DNA of 64,000 nt from Utricularia gibba (lineage: Eukaryota; Plantae; Magnoliophyta): contig CM007989.1 in the NCBI GenBank assembly GCA_002189035.1, forward strand, positions 4,898,001-4,962,000, written 5' to 3'. A program made the position numbers and the translations under genes. Below, one piece after another: positions 27,123 to 40,133 of this stretch. Positions within the stretch are counted from its first letter, which is position 1. Each line of letters opens with the position of its first letter. Under the pieces are notes generated by a model. That model was given only the letters and a program-made list of their open reading frames with translations. It did no database searches and had not been told where the DNA came from.

Positions 27123-28261
27123 ATGGAAGAGGACTTCACCTTCTCTCAACTCCAAATCTTCATGGAATCACCGTTTTTGTCCGATGGAGCCGCCGCTTTT
27201 CCCGACGATATTTTTAGCGCCCTTGAAAGGTCATCATCATATTCCAATCCCTTCGTCCCGCGCAAGACGGAGGGTGCTGAAACAGAGCCGTCGCCGTCTA
27301 AACTACGGAGGATGGCTGTGCCGCCGCCTCATATATCTGTGGAGCGCAACCGGAGGAAGCAGATGAACCAGCATCTCGCCGTCCTCCGGTCGTTCATGCC
27401 TTCCTTCTATGTCAAGAGAGTACGCCCCTTGAAACCCCACATCACAGTTATTGCCTCAAACTTTAAGTTAAACCTTATTAACATGTGATTAGGGAGATCA
27501 AGCATCGATAATAGAGGGAGTCATCAAGTACATCGCTGAGCTACAACGACTAATCCAGTCCCTGGAATCCAAGAAGCATAGAAAATCTTACATGGACATT
27601 GTTTTCAGCCCGAGGACAGTTTTGAGCCCGAGGACTCCTCAACCCGGAAACCTGTACAAACCAGGTACGAGCATTCTTCCGGTCGACCGTTCTTCCTCCA
27701 ACTCTTCCACTTCCTCCATCAACCACAGCATAAACGAGCTCGCTGCGAGCTCGAAATCGGCGGTTGCCGAAGTCGAGGTGAAGTTCTCCGGATCAAATCT
27801 CCAACTTAAAACGGTATCAGCCCGGATCCCCGGCCAGGCAGTCAGAATCATCTCAGCCTTGGAAGAAGTTGCTTTGGAAATACTTGAGGCGAACATCAAC
27901 ACCGTAGATGACAGAATGATCAACTTCTTCACGATCCAGGTGCCGCACGAATCCCCTCTTTAAATAAAAATAAATAAAAACACGTCCCTTTCTCATCTGA
28001 ATTGTTCTGCGCACATTTTGGGGTGCTGCAGCGCGAACAGACCAGACAACTTTTTTGTACGGACAAACAAACTATATATTATTTGTTTTAATCCACATTT
28101 CCGTACAGTCATGATACAGAGATCCCTCCCTTGTTTTGCAACAATAAATCTGATTTGTTTTATGGACCTTTGTGTTGGAGTTTCAGATTGGGATCGAGTG
28201 CAGAATGAGCGCAGAGGAAGTGGCTGAGTTGATCCAGCGGACGTTTTGCTACAAACCTTGA
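27123..28261 (+). CDS. SPCH: SPEECHLESS-like group Ia bHLH transcription factor, 272 aa
   Basis: Exons 27123-27419, 27493-27939, 28187-28261, all GT-AG and phase 0. bHLH HISVERNRRKQMNQHL...FYVKRGDQASII; SPCH-type SPRTPQP and ELAASSKSAVAEVEVKFSG-NL-LKTVS-RIPGQA; C-terminus IGIECRMSAEE. The label SPCH rather than MUTE/FAMA rests on the YVKR and SPRTP motifs. Confidence 0.85.
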
Positions 28262-29717
28262 AGTAAGTCTAGGAGACGGTTTGGTGCGTAGATGATGGCA
28301 GAGATCATGCACAAGACTTGACCTTTATGCTCTTTTCTATGTCTGGGTGTTGTGAACCGATGATTTCAGACGTTCAAAAAAACCAATCTCTTTTAAAAAA
28401 AAAACCACTTATCAAAAGGTATAATTGAATAAAAAAATTATAAGATTTATAATAATGAGGGAGAATTCAATCAACCAATTTATGGATATAAACATGGACT
28501 TTTTTGTATGGAGGGCTTGAGATGTGTTCCATCTCACACCAGGTGAAGGTGCGCATCAAACAGCGTGGGTGCCGACCGACCACCTTGGAAGTTGGATGCC
28601 TCGAGAGAGTATACCTACCACAAGTTGGACTGCTCTGGATTCACTCGCCATTACTAGAAAGAAACTTCATAAATTCTTATCATTCACTCATTGACATCCT
28701 TTAAATGGGGTAAGTACCCCTCACCAACAAATTATCACATGTTTTATGTACTGAGGGACATCCTTGAGTGAAGTGAAAGCATTTTGCCGGTATAGGGTAT
28801 GATGTGCAAAGACTTGACAACTTTGGATACGGAAACACAACTATTGCATAACAGGTATGTAATCCCATGAAAAACATAACATAAATAAAAGACGTTACAA
28901 ATATATATAGATAGCATTTTAGATGATCCTTGGGCATCACACAAGAATATTAATCGTTGCCTCTTTATAGCTGCTAATTAGTAAACTTTTTCTAGTTTGA
29001 CTTTTGATGGCTTCCTTAATAGATTAGATTTATTGGATCTCTATTATTCTAGTAGGTCCATTTGATAGAGTTGAGAACCATTATAATAAAACCCGTCTCT
29101 AGAAATCTTTCTTTTTTCTTTTGCTGTATACAATTCGTTCAACTTTATCCTAAATTCCATCAGTAAGCTTCAATTTCAACTTTGACCATCGTCACTAGCC
29201 TTCATTTCTCCCTAAGGATGTGGCTGAGGTAAGCTTATAGTCTATATAGGATTCCTCTATAGCCCTAATAATTCCCTGATTTGGGCAAAATTTTTTGGAA
29301 ATAATGTCTTCGTTAGAATATCTGCGGCTTGCAGTTTGAATGATATAAATTATAGCTTGATAATTTCTTGTTTTATGTATTATCTCAAGACAAAGTATTT
29401 AATTTTGATATGTTTCACCTTTTTGAATATAACCGGATTTTGATAAATACATATAGTCGATGTATTGTTGATCTTCAATATAAGAGGCCATTGCATTTTT
29501 ATTTTCAAGTCTTCACACAATTTGATTAGTCATTGAACATGATTACCACTAGCAATATGCTCTACTTTGGCTAAAGATTGTGCTACTAAGTTTTTTTTTT
29601 TGCTCTTCAATGCAAAGACAATAGATCCCAGAGTAAATAAACAACTTTTCGTGGATTTGAGGTTGGGTTCGTCCCTTGCAAAGTTTGAGTCTACAAAGTC
29701 TCAAAGAGAGAGGTTAG

Positions 29718-30887
29718 TGATAACGCATATTTTTGAGTAGCTCAATGCATAGAATTTACTCATTTTGCGCTAAAAAATTAAGTTTAATTGCCTAGTTTCG
29801 TATTTTTGCGCATAAGCACCGTAATTGTGTTATTTTAGTCTTAGTTGGGACTAAATCACAGATTTAGTCCCAACCTTCTAATAGTTTTATTCGAGCAATG
29901 CAGTGTAGATCGCAACACAAATCCCAATGAGCCGAACATGCACAGTGTAGTGACAGAAGATGAGTCCAAAAGTCTGAAAAGTGGTACACACAAAATCCAA
30001 GGAGAAAAAAGGGAGATTTTGGACAAAAAGAGGGAAAGGTGGAGAGAGAAGGCATATCTCTCTTTGGAGAATCAAGACAAGTTTCTGGAGATTTTTCTGG
30101 AGGAAGAAGAAGGAGGGGACGACGAACCAGAAGAACACAGCTTCTCTTGAGAAATTATTTTCGTTCTTCATGTTTACTGTTCCTAGCTAAGACTAGATTT
30201 AGATTTTCTGTGTGAACGAAGTGTCTGTCCTACTTTTGCTTCATATTGCTCGTTGTTGTTTAGCATTTGTAGCCAAGATGCTGCTTAGTATCTGCTATGA
30301 AGATGTTTTACTTTCCATTAACGGGAGTAGCTAAGCACTTAGAGGGGGTGCCTTGGGGTGAAGAGGGGAGAAATATGCTAATCCATCCTTAGACCTGATA
30401 AATCACGAGTCACACTACTTCCTTAACAAACTAGGATAGATTCAGGAGGGGAGGTAGTGAAACCCAACTAACAACCCTAATTAGAGGTAGACCAAAGATT
30501 AGGGGGAAAAACAAGAATTTGAGTAGACCTAGATCTTGTAAGTTAGTTGTATGATTTTTTATTTATGTGAGCTTGTTTAGTGATAGACATACATCCCCTA
30601 GGAGTCCCAAGGCATCACCCATTCCATTCAAGAAACGACCGAATCCAAACTTGTTACCTTTTCCTTACTGCATTCCATCGTAGATCTGTTTTATTCCTAA
30701 CTAAGATCAATTTTACCAACGTGACATTGATTACTTGCATTGACCTTCACATAGCAAGCACCTAGCTCCTTGTGTTCGACCCTAGTCCCCTATGCTCATA
30801 ATTGTTTTATGCTTGAATGTGTATTAGGTTATAAATTTATTTGATAGGAAAGTTTACATTTACGACGTGTGAATTTTTCGTTTATCA
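29718..30887 (+). mobile_element. Athila-family solo LTR with perfect TSD GTTAG
   Basis: TGATAACGC...CGTTTATCA; GTTAG at 29713-29717 and 30888-30892; no PBS or PPT alongside. Confidence 0.92.
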
Positions 30888-31437
30888 GTTAGTGTTTTTG
30901 TTGAAGTAAAAACTCAATGATTTAATAGACTTCAAATACCTAAAGATTTCTTACGCAATTTGAAGATGTAAATGAAGAGGTTTTCGCATGAACCTGGAAA
31001 TAAATATTATTATGAAGGTAATATCCAATCGTGGAGGTGAAATATAACAGTGCTCCAAATATTTATGATATTCTTGAATATTTAATGTCTTTTGGCTACT
31101 TTTTGTGCATCTTCATTATTCAAGGGTTTTGGAGACATGATTAGTTTTGAGTTTCAAATTCAGAGTAAACGTCAGCTTGCATTAGGCATATCAAACTCAT
31201 TTAGTAAGTCCTCAATGTATTTTCATTGGCTCAAGAATATGAATTGTGTCTTGTATGATTTTTTTAGTCCCAAAATATATTGAGTTGGCCCCATGTCAGT
31301 TAACTCAAATTTTTCCTTCTATTTTTGTTTTTAATATGCTAAATCTTTTCATTGTTTCATAAGTAGAATGTCATCAATATATAAAGTTATTATGTTCTTC
31401 CCAATCATAGTTTCCAAAATATAGAGGATGGTATCAT

Positions 31438-32766
31438 TGATAAACGAAAAATTCCTATTATCATTGCAATAAAAATAGAATTCCGTATCAAATAAATTTA
31501 GAATCCCTAATCCTCACAAGATACAAATTAAATACATATAAAGTGAAATTCGGGTCGATCACAAGGAGCTTGTGCTTGCAATGCGTTTTTCATTATGCAA
31601 AATTCGGTGTAACAATGTCTCTTAACCTAAACTCAAACTAACAGCGGTAGGTAAGTTCAATAAACAGGATCAAGTATCAACGCTGAAAATAACAAATACT
31701 GGTTCTAACAAAGAGTAATACTAAGATACCTTAAGGGTCTGCAGGTGATGTGGTGCTAAGATACCTAATTTAATTTACCATGTTCCTATACTCACAACGC
31801 TAAACAAGCTAAGCCTACCTAAATCATTCATCATGTTTTCGGCTAAGCTAGTCCCTAATATCATCACCAACATTACAATTAGGTCTACACGGTTCTGCCG
31901 GTTCTACCCTGTACTAATACCTAGTGCTCCCACCTTGATTTGTTGATCTACCTCTAAATCAAGCATCTGAGTTACAAAACTACTTGTTCCCCTTCTTAGG
32001 TCTACCCATGAAATGATAGAAACAAGAACTAAGAAACAAACATAAATTATATCATTAACCCTAGACCCACATCACCATATTTCACCTTAAGGCATCCCTA
32101 AAGTTTTAACTACTCATACTTAGAAGATAAAACATGATTTCATTTAGATAATGTGGAGAAAATAGCAGAAACATTGTAAGTAAGTCAGATACAGAAACTG
32201 AAAACGTTCAGTAAACGAAAAGGAAATAAAGATTGTTTTGATGCTCGTTTGCTACTGTTCACGGCCAGGAACAGTAGTGCTGGACTGGGCTTTGGTGATG
32301 TTCTTGAGGATGAAGCCCTTCTTCTCCTCTTCTCATCAGTGTTCTTCGTGTTGGAGGAGGAGACGCCTCCTCATGTGTGTGTTGCTACAGAAGCTCCGCT
32401 TCCTTTTTTTCGAAAAATATGTCCCCTCCTTTATTCCAATGCACTATTCCTGACACTAGCACTGTTCTCGCCCTGAACTTGCAGACTGCAGGCGGCAGAA
32501 CAGTGCTCTTTGTCTCCCTTTAGATGTTGCGCCCCTTTAACTTGATTCACACGTCTTTGAGTCTGATTTGATGCTAGTCCTCTTGCTGAACTTAATTAAA
32601 CATTAGTAACAAAGGTAGTATCAAAGGAGTTAGTCAACTTTTCAACATAAGCACAAAATTAATATAAACAACACATAAAACATGAAAAATCACACAAATC
32701 TAACCTAAACCTAAGTAAAACATAATAATTTTGCATTATAAGATGCAAAGAAAATGTGTGCCATCA
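31438..32766 (-). mobile_element. Solo LTR with perfect TSD ATCAT
   Basis: TGATAAACG...GCCATCA; ATCAT at 31433-31437 and 32767-32771; homologous in inverted orientation to 36140-37524. Confidence 0.88.
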
Positions 32767-34147
32767 ATCATATTTGCGTATTATATATTCCATCTATGTA
32801 AAAAAACATTAATTATGGATTATCATTCCTTTGGAGCTTGCTTTAAATTATAGAGAGCTTTTTTTAACTTTAGAACCTTTTGTGACTCACTCTTAAGCAC
32901 ATATCCTAGAGGAAGTTGAACATAAATATCTTCATGTAATTTATCAATTAAAAATACACTCTTGTAATTTAGATAATCTAGGGTCCAACGTTGATTCACA
33001 TAAAATGTGGACCAATTTTATTATGGTGTCCAACCAAGCAACTAGAGAAAAAGTTTTACAATAGTCTATCCCTTATTTATGAAGGTATTCTTCAACACCT
33101 GACCAATATTTCAGTTTATTTAAAATCCATTAAGACTGAGTTTGGTTCGGAATACCCATTTTAATCCAAGATGAGTTATATTGGAAGGTTTATCAACAAT
33201 TGTCCAAACTTTATGATTTGCAATAGATTTTAATTCATCTTCTTAGATGAGTTATATTGGAAGAGCTTCGTAAAGACTTACTAGTTTATGTATTAATAAT
33301 TAACAATCATATACACTAGCTATAGATCTATTGACTCTAATGAGATTTTCATCTATGCATTGATCAGGTTCATTGCACAAAAAATGCGGTATATAAGAGA
33401 CTTTTTCTAATTCTTTTTTTATCATTTTCTTCTGGTAGTATGTTTTTGAGAGATGATTTAGATTCAAATGAAGAAGTTAGTGAAATTTCAGGTTGATACA
33501 TCGATTCATTTTCCTCTTATTCTAGTGATTTTCTGTCATGTTGATTATATTCCATAAGTATTTTCAAACCTTGAGGTATCTATAGTATTTTCTTGATTAC
33601 TTGTTGTGTTGAATTGGTTTTGAATCAAAGGCTGTTCAGATGTATTGTTCTCGATTGTGTAATAAAGATTGATTTCTAGAGAATTTCTATAAATTTCATT
33701 TTCATTAATTAATCCATGAGCATAAGTGTTATCCATATTAGTGCCATATGACTAGAGTCATCATTCGCTATCATAGATTCCATATTGGTTGTAGAGGTTA
33801 TTATACATCCATACTACATCTCATATGAAGTTTTTTATTGGGAAATCCCCTTTGTTGGAAGACAATTTAGCAAGCATATTACAGTGTTGATAGCTTCTAT
33901 CCAAAATTGCAAAGAAAAGTTATGATCCAATAGATGACATCATGCCATATTCATATTTTTTCTCTTCTTTCTTTCATATATACCATTTTATTGTGGAGTA
34001 TAAGACACTGTAAATTGATGAAAAATACCATTTTCTATGCATAGATTTCAGAAATCCAAAAACTTGTATTTGCCACAATTTCCTAAATATAGCGTGACTA
34101 TCCTTGGGTTGCTTTGTGATTCTACAAGTGCTTTAAAAATCTTGAAA

Positions 34148-35982
34148 TGTTAAGTGCGATTTTAGTATAGTCCTTTATGTCTTTTTCTGACTTTAAATGT
34201 AATTAAAGTTGTCATATTAGAAATTTATAATATAAGTTTTAGGTTTTTACTTAGATTATGATAATTTCTTAATTTTTATATTTCATTTAATCTTTTTGTT
34301 ACTTTAGTGGTGTTTAAGTATGGTTAGAAGCAGATATGTGGCATAAAATGGATAAAGAAAGCAACATAAGTTGACAAGATCTTTTTGGAAATTACATTCT
34401 CCTTGATCTTTGGAAAAACACAGACATCTTGGACATCGGTTGTAGCTGACACAAGAAAACATAATGGAGCTATAGTGTCAAAGCAAAAGAATTCCTTGTA
34501 AGGCACTCAAAGACAACAAAAGAATTAATGAGCCACCAAATTCAGACGAAAGAAGACTTTTCTCATTCTAGTTTTAGGAGATTTCGTTTTTATCTCTTTA
34601 GGATTTTTCTCTATCTTCCCTTTAACTTTAATCTCAATTTCAAACTTTGTATGGTAGTTCGTAGCTAAAAACCTTTGTTTCTGGATTGGGAGACCACCCC
34701 TCTACTGAATAACTCATGTATTTTGCTAGTCTTACTTCTATTTGTGAGTTACTACTTTGGAGGAAAATAGTTTGAGCAATTGCTTGTGGACAAGCAATAT
34801 GTAAGTCCTGCACGTATGATTGATTTACCATGTTTTTTGACATTTCATTCGAGATTTGATTCTATTTTTTACAACGTTTTGTTTACAAATGTGCTCTTTA
34901 GTACCATACCACATAACCCCAAGAGAGTGTGGGAGAATTTAAGATTAACCTCAAGTACCTAAGGAGAAGGGCTCAATCGAACATCATTGGTAAGGCATAT
35001 TCTATCTCTGTCTATGATATGTGCGTGTACGGATTAGATTTGGGTATAGGGAAAGCATGGATTATCACAGAAGGTGAAATAACTCTAGTGGCGTGGTTGA
35101 TTCTATAATCTCATTAAACAAGGGACGATGCTATAATGGTCACCAGGTAGCATTATTTTAGAACAACACCCTTAGAACTTGTGCAAGTAAGTCAGTTCTC
35201 AAAGTTTACGCACATAGGTATGCATGAGTTTTGAGTAAAGTAGATTCTAGATCTAAAGCCACTTTTTATGTTGTTTTTAAAACCAAACTTTTGTTTTTTT
35301 TTTGTCTTTTTGAGTCTTTGTTTGAAAAGAGAATTCCAATAACAATTTCCTTTGGATATGATCTTATTTTATTATTTCGATGATTTCTATACATTTGCAG
35401 AATTACCATCAAAGAGCACCAACTCACACCTTGTTGGTTTAAAAGTGGCTGTACTTTAGGATAATGAACATGATAGTGACCTCGTATCGTAATCATTGTC
35501 TCATTGACAACACTTAGGCAGGTGCACACAATTCAACTGTGAAGATAATCGATGGCTAAACCTCTTATCGTCCAAGGGGAAGTTACAATGGGCAACTCCA
35601 GTGCCTCCTTGGAAGAGAGTATATAGAAGGATATACATTTTTTAATTCTAATACCCGAGTACTCGAGAGGATCAGAAAAAAGTAGAAACACAATGAACGT
35701 AGCCAGGTAGTATTCCAATCCTAAGAGATCTCTTTATTTAATGCTCATCGTTTAAATTCACTTTTCTTGTTTATCTTATATTTTTTTACTCAAGTTTCAT
35801 AATTTACATTTCTACCATTATTTACATTTAAACCCCATTTACAAAATCGTGACAATTTGGAATTGCTTCAAACCTCACTATTCTCTCGAAAATTTATTCC
35901 TTGTGATCAACACCCGTACTATACTTTTGTGTTTTACATTTTAAAAAACTTACTAAAATTTGTTGTGGAATGACACATATCA
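34148..35982 (+). mobile_element. Solo LTR, probably composite, TSD TGAAA/TGAAG
   Basis: TGTTAAGTG...CATATCA; removing it restores the host integrase frame (YFKIFKALVE). The outer parts match 13224-14547; about 34790-35412 matches a different family. Confidence 0.8.
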
Positions 35983-36139
35983 TGAAGTAATAAAAAGTTT
36001 CTAATTTTTGTTTAAAGATATAGACCCACATATACTTAATCAAATCATCAATGAAAATAATGTAATATTTGCTAACGTTTATAGTAGTTACGTTTATAAG
36101 TCAACAAATGTCGCTAATAACTAGTTAGAGTTTTGTTTC

Positions 36140-37524
36140 TGATACCTATATTCTTCTTTTAAAGACATTGCAAGTCATTTTATTAGTGTTTTTCAGTTAT
36201 AAAATTTAGATGTTTAATGATAAAATTATGTATTTTAATTATGATTTTTGATATTTTGTTAATTGTAGTGTTATTTGTATTTTATGCATAATATAGACTA
36301 GATTGATTATTTAGTCTATATTATGATTTCTAATATTTTTCCAAGTGTTAGCAGTAACATTGTGGATCACATTTAGCTAGTTTATGAGCATAATTCAAAT
36401 GGTCACAAGACATAAGGAGGAGACATCATTAATATTCAGCTGCCTACAGTCTGCAGGTTCAGGCCAAGAACAATATAGATGTCAAAAACAGTGGACTGAT
36501 TTTGAAAAATGGAAAAAAAGATGTAAAGATATTTTTGGAGAGGGGAGAAGGAAGAGAACACGACCAGACCCTAGGAGGGGGAGGAGGAACACGAAGAAAG
36601 GAAGAAAAAGGCGATTTTTTCAGAATGAAGACCAAAGACTTGAAGAACAGCATCAAAGACCCAATTCAGCGCTAATGTTCCGGGTAGGGAACAGTAGCAA
36701 ATCACGAACAAAACTCTCAATGTTATCTTTAGTTTGCTGGACATTTTGTTACTTTGACTGTTGTTTGACAATGTCTTTGCTATTCTCTTCAGTTTATCTT
36801 AATGATATCATGCTTTATCTTCGATATATAAGTAGCTAAAACTTTAGGAATGTTTTAAGTTGAAGTATGGTGATGTGGGTCTAGGGTTAATGATATAATT
36901 TATGTTTGTTTCTTAGTTTTTGTTTCTATTATTCCATGGGTAGACATAAAGAGGGGAACAAGTAGCTTTGCAACTCAGATGCTTGATTTAGAAATAGACC
37001 AACAAATCAAGGCAGGCGCAGTAAGTATTAGTCCAAGGTAGAACTAGTAGAACCGGGTAGACCTAGTTCTATACACTTTGCGTGTGGGTAGACCTAATTG
37101 CAATGTTGGTGATGATATTTGAGACTAGCTTAGCCGAAAAAATGATGAATGATCTAGGTAAACTTAGATTGTTTAGAGTTTTGAATATAGGAATATGGTA
37201 AATTAAATTAGGCATCTTAGCACCACATCGCCCGGAGACCCTTAAGGCATCTTAGTATTACTCTTTGTTAAAACCAATAATTGTTACTTTCAGTGTTGAG
37301 ACCTGATTTTGTTTACCTCTGTTCGTTTGAGCTTAGACTAGAAGCATTGTTATTTCGAATTTTGCATCTGCTGAAACACTTAACAAGCACAAGCTCTTTG
37401 TGATCGACCCCGAAATCCACTATACAAGTTTTCTAAATTTGTATTTTGTGTAGATTAGAGTTTATAAATTTATTTAATACAAAATTTCTATTTTTGCAAT
37501 GACATTAGGAATTTCCGTTTATCA
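36140..37524 (+). mobile_element. LTR of the 31438-32766 family, TSD not evident
   Basis: Ends TTTCCGTTTATCA; extensive inverted homology to 31438-32300; left boundary approximate. Confidence 0.7.
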
Positions 37525-37909
37525 CCATGGTTGATCACTTAATTTAATTTCTAATACACCTTTTTTATGTACTTTTTTTTTCTGATTTCAAAGTAGTGTT
37601 GTGATGGTGTCCAATTCATTTGTGACACACATACAAGATATCAAAGATTGCAAGACTAAGATTTGTATTAGTGCAACCAAAATTAATAGAAAATAGTAGA
37701 TTTAACATTGGCACCTTCAATACTATATTATGATATTGATCATTCATTGAGCAGATATCATCTTCACGTTGACAATGCAAAGATCAGTTTCAAGACAAGC
37801 AGACTCAATGCCCTCATCTGAAATCAGATTTTCATCTGCAATTGTAAATGTCTTCTCATATATACTAGTGAATGAAGTGAACAATTTATCATTTATTAGA
37901 TGAGATTAC

Positions 37910-38394
37910 CTAAGGGAGTGTGGGAGAATCAAAGGTTGGCCTCAAACACCTAAGGAGAAGGGTTCAATCAGACATCATTGGTAAAGCACATTCTGTCTAA
38001 TCTGTTTGTAAGATGAGAGATGTAGGGGTTAGATTTGGATGTTGGGAAAACATGGATTATCACAATAGGTGAAATGGCTCTGATGACGAGGTTGATTCGA
38101 TAATCACACCAAATAAGGGACGGTACTATAACGGTAATCGAGTAGTACTATTTTAGAATAATACCCCCAAAGCTTATGCAAATAAGTCAATTTTCAAGGT
38201 TTGCAACACACACACATAAGGACGAGTTTTAACCAAGGTAGATCCTAAATCTAAAACCTATTTTCTTATTGTTTTTATTGTTTTCAGTTTTTTTGAGTCT
38301 TTGTTAGAAAAGAAAATTTCAACAACAATTCTCTACGGATACAATTTTATTTTATTACTTCAACAATTTCTGTGCACTTACAGAATTACTATCA
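37910..38394 (+). repeat. 5'-truncated LTR fragment (family also at about 34790-35412 and 52217-53327)
   Basis: GAGTGTGGGAGAATCAAAGGTT...CACCTAAGGAGAAG...CAGAATTACTATCA is shared with the other two copies. Confidence 0.75.
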
Positions 38395-38599
38395 ATAACA
38401 TATATTTTATTAGTATTTGTAGGTTATAAAATTAGGATTTTTAGGGCTTGAAAAGAAATCTGTCTCTAAGTTCATATGCTTTCAATCGAAAAGATGCATG
38501 ATGAGTCTTATAGGGCTCTAGTGAGAGAAATCTTGTAAAAGTATATGATGAGCTTTATCATTTAATACTTTGGATCCAAGCTCTCATAAATATTAAAAA

Positions 38600-38960
38600 T
38601 TTTCTTATGACATTGGACCACATTGATCTAAACTTATAATCTATCCCTAGTTTCAACCAAGATCTTTCCTTTTTTCAAATTTCAAATCTAGCTCTGAATT
38701 GGACTAACACAACTACTTCTTTTCTCTCTTGTGATCTATTATAGAGAGAATTGAATGAATGTTGAAACTTCCATAATCTTTCTTGTGCATAATTCCATAA
38801 AGGCTCTCTTGTCTTGTAAGCCTTGCTGAATTGTGAGGATATGAATTAGGAATCAACCTTTACTTCTAATTGGGAAATTTCGATTTATGGGGCTAACTCA
38901 AGCCTTATTAAAAGAAAAAACGGTTCATTTTTTGTCATCATACCATTGAATTTGATGAGT
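38600..38960 (-). pseudogene. Degraded RNase H relic resembling the additional RNase H of Tat/Ogre elements
   Basis: TKNE...LIRLELAP*IEISQLEVKVDS*FISSQFSKAYKTREP resembles the TNNEAEYEAL..GLELA...I..LEV.GDS motif. Confidence 0.4.
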
Positions 38961-40133
38961 AGAAAAATTAAAGGTTGTTATAGGGTTTTGAAGATTTTAG
39001 TGTTTTTAGAGCGATTTTAACATTCAATAGGTTAATGGTGAATTTGTGGAAAGCGATAAGATAAGAAGAGAAATAAATATATAATCTAAAAAAACAAGAA
39101 AAATCAGAGATATTTACATATCATAGAAAGATATTACTATTAAAATAAAAATAAAATTTATAATAGTTCACTCAAGAAGTTATAAAAACTCTATAGAAGA
39201 ATTTTACTTCTAAGAATGTTCTCTTTCATCAAAAGTTCATCCATGTTACCATTGGTTTTCTTTGCTTATTGTATACTTGCAGAAAATTTTCAAGATAGAA
39301 GCTTTCCTCTTTTATTATCTATCTCCAATATATCTTTTGCAAGAGATAAAAATATACTCATTCATTTTGGGAAAAAAGTTGTTGACCCTATTAGACTGCA
39401 TAGGTGATAAATAATTTTGTGTCACTTATATTTATACTTTTTAGGTTCTTTTAGGATGGTTTTGTTAGGTTTTTTGTAGACATCGCATGTTAGAATCGCA
39501 GCGGAATTTAAAGAATTTTCAAGAAACCCCCAACGCAAATCTTGGAAAACGGCATATATCAGATAAACGGATATTGAAAATATCTTTCAGCGCACTCCAT
39601 TGTTCACCAACCGCCAATAGCAGATGGCATTTATGGTATCCACACGTGAAGCACTCCGTCGAAAAACCTTCTCAAAGCCGTAGAATGCTAGTCGATCTCC
39701 TCAAGTGCTAGTAGTGAAAATCGCCACCTTGCAGATCAATCTCAGAGAGCACGAAGATTTGTATAGCAGATTTGTAGATCTAAATCTTTTTTATAGATAT
39801 TTGGTAGCATATCAAATCAAATCTCTATAAAGATCTTATCTTATGAAGATCTGTATATGTTCCAAATCTTATCTACATATAAGATCTTTTATTTTGAGTT
39901 TAATCAATATTAATCTCAAAATAACTCTCTATTTCATTTATCCACTTTATCAATTAAATCTTATGTAATTGTATCATTCTATTTATATCAATGAGTGACT
40001 CTAATATTTTGTGTGACCCTATAGGTTTTTTCAATTAAGGCCGTAATAATAGATTTATTAATTAACTCTTAATTAATCAAATCCATCATTATCGATCATG
40101 AGTGATGTCTACCAACATATCATGATCCACAAC

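Larger units (their letters stand above)
29300..37900 (-). mobile_element. Old degraded copia element hosting four later LTR insertions
   Basis: Protease (about 37800), KYYIIFIDD...FKALVESQ across 36060/34140, FWIEAINT, KVWTIVDKP...KWVFRTK, FELTDMGPTQYILGL, VKHIKIKYFVLR. Confidence 0.8.

Noticed and set aside
28500-28900. Higher-GC island with an AG...GT-bounded 99-nt segment (28756-28854)
   Set aside because: All three frames contain stops, and I see no similarity to TRY, SWEET or other families I recognise.
29845-30190. Recurrent 80-105 aa ORFs (MKNENNFSRE..., also near 5805-6088, 42605-42948, 51231-51588)
   Set aside because: They recur because they lie in copies of one LTR. The CT/GA-rich tract is open in several frames on both strands and the ends are not conserved.
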